A program made the position numbers and the translations under genes. A stretch of 64,000 nucleotides of DNA, taken from contig CAVZMI010000018.1 of NCBI GenBank assembly GCA_963776275.1, forward strand, positions 96,001 through 160,000, written 5' to 3'. A model generated the notes under the pieces. The model was not told the DNA's origin. It made no database searches and saw only the letters and a program-made list of their open reading frames with translations. This stretch comes from Ignavibacteriota bacterium. Its GTDB lineage: Bacteria; Bacteroidota; Ignavibacteria; UBA10030; CAVZMI01. Positions 63,415-64,000 of the stretch are shown here, piece by piece (within the stretch, counting starts at the first letter, position 1; every line of letters starts with the position of its first letter).

Positions 63415-64000
63415 ATGTCGTATGTTACCGTCCGATTTTATGCGGAATTAAACGATTTCTTACCTCAGGAAAGAAGGGGTAAAGAAACTCTCTGTGCCTC
63501 TCAAGACGGCCAGCAAATATCTGATTTTTTGAATTCCAATAATATTCCACCTGAGAATGTCGACCTTATCCTGCGTAACGGCAAATCGGTCGCGCTGCAT
63601 GAGACACTCAACGACGGCGACCGACTGAGTTGCTATCCCATATTTGAGTCGTTAGACATACGCGAGGTTACCCGAATCCGCTCAACACCGCTTCGCCAGC
63701 CGCGGTTCATTCTTGATATCCATCTTGGCAAGCTTGCGTCTTTCCTTCGCATGCTGGGATTTGATACGCTCTATGATTCTGGTGCGACAGACAGTCGACT
63801 TCTTGATATTTCTGTTAAGGAGGAAAGGCAGCTTACTGAGTAAAGACAGAGAATTACTCAAAAACGAAACGCTTACTCGGGGCTACCGGGTTCTTTCCGA
63901 TGATCCCCGGGAACAAATCGAAGAAATTCTTCACCGCTTCGATCTCTTCTCATCCACCTCTCCTTTTAGCCGATGTATTCGCTGTAATACACTCCTGGAG
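63415..64000 (+). CDS. Ubiquitin-like + Mut7-C RNase (PIN-like) protein (frameshift at ~63830; runs off the window)
   Basis: VRFYAELNDFLP...VDLILRNG, RFILDIHLGKLASFLRMLGFDT; the shifted frame gives LLSKDRELL...PFSRCIRCN. Confidence 0.85.

Overview
Bacterial chromosomal window. Gene order, Shine-Dalgarno use and TTGACA/TATAAT-type promoters suggest an Ignavibacteria-like member of the Bacteroidota/Chlorobi group (inference). The first ~33 kb is mostly housekeeping: pyruvate:ferredoxin oxidoreductase plus a DHODH-like flavoprotein, tRNA-Leu(TAA) with orphan fragments and REP-like mosaics, tRNA-Val, thrS-infC-rpmI-rplT-pheST-zapB-zapA-6S RNA-rny-coaE-argD-nadB, purF, ftsY, mutL and recG. From ~33 kb it is mostly accessory. 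It holds (i) a cluster of two ATP-grasp ligases, a GNAT and a lysine 2,3-aminomutase; (ii) a minus-strand four-gene unit of ECF sigma factor, membrane anti-sigma/TPR protein, exported TPR-CHAT (caspase-like) protease and a polypeptide-GalNAc-transferase-like glycosyltransferase, which is the best candidate for an undescribed system; (iii) a strip of unrelated cargo genes; (iv) tandem HTH-less LacI-type domains; then carB, DUF3078, mscL and a ubiquitin-like/Mut7-C RNase. At least 13 genes or sites show frame breaks, including essential thrS. These most likely reflect sequencing or assembly indels, so split genes are annotated as single CDSs. All calls come from reading the sequence by eye; no database searches were run.
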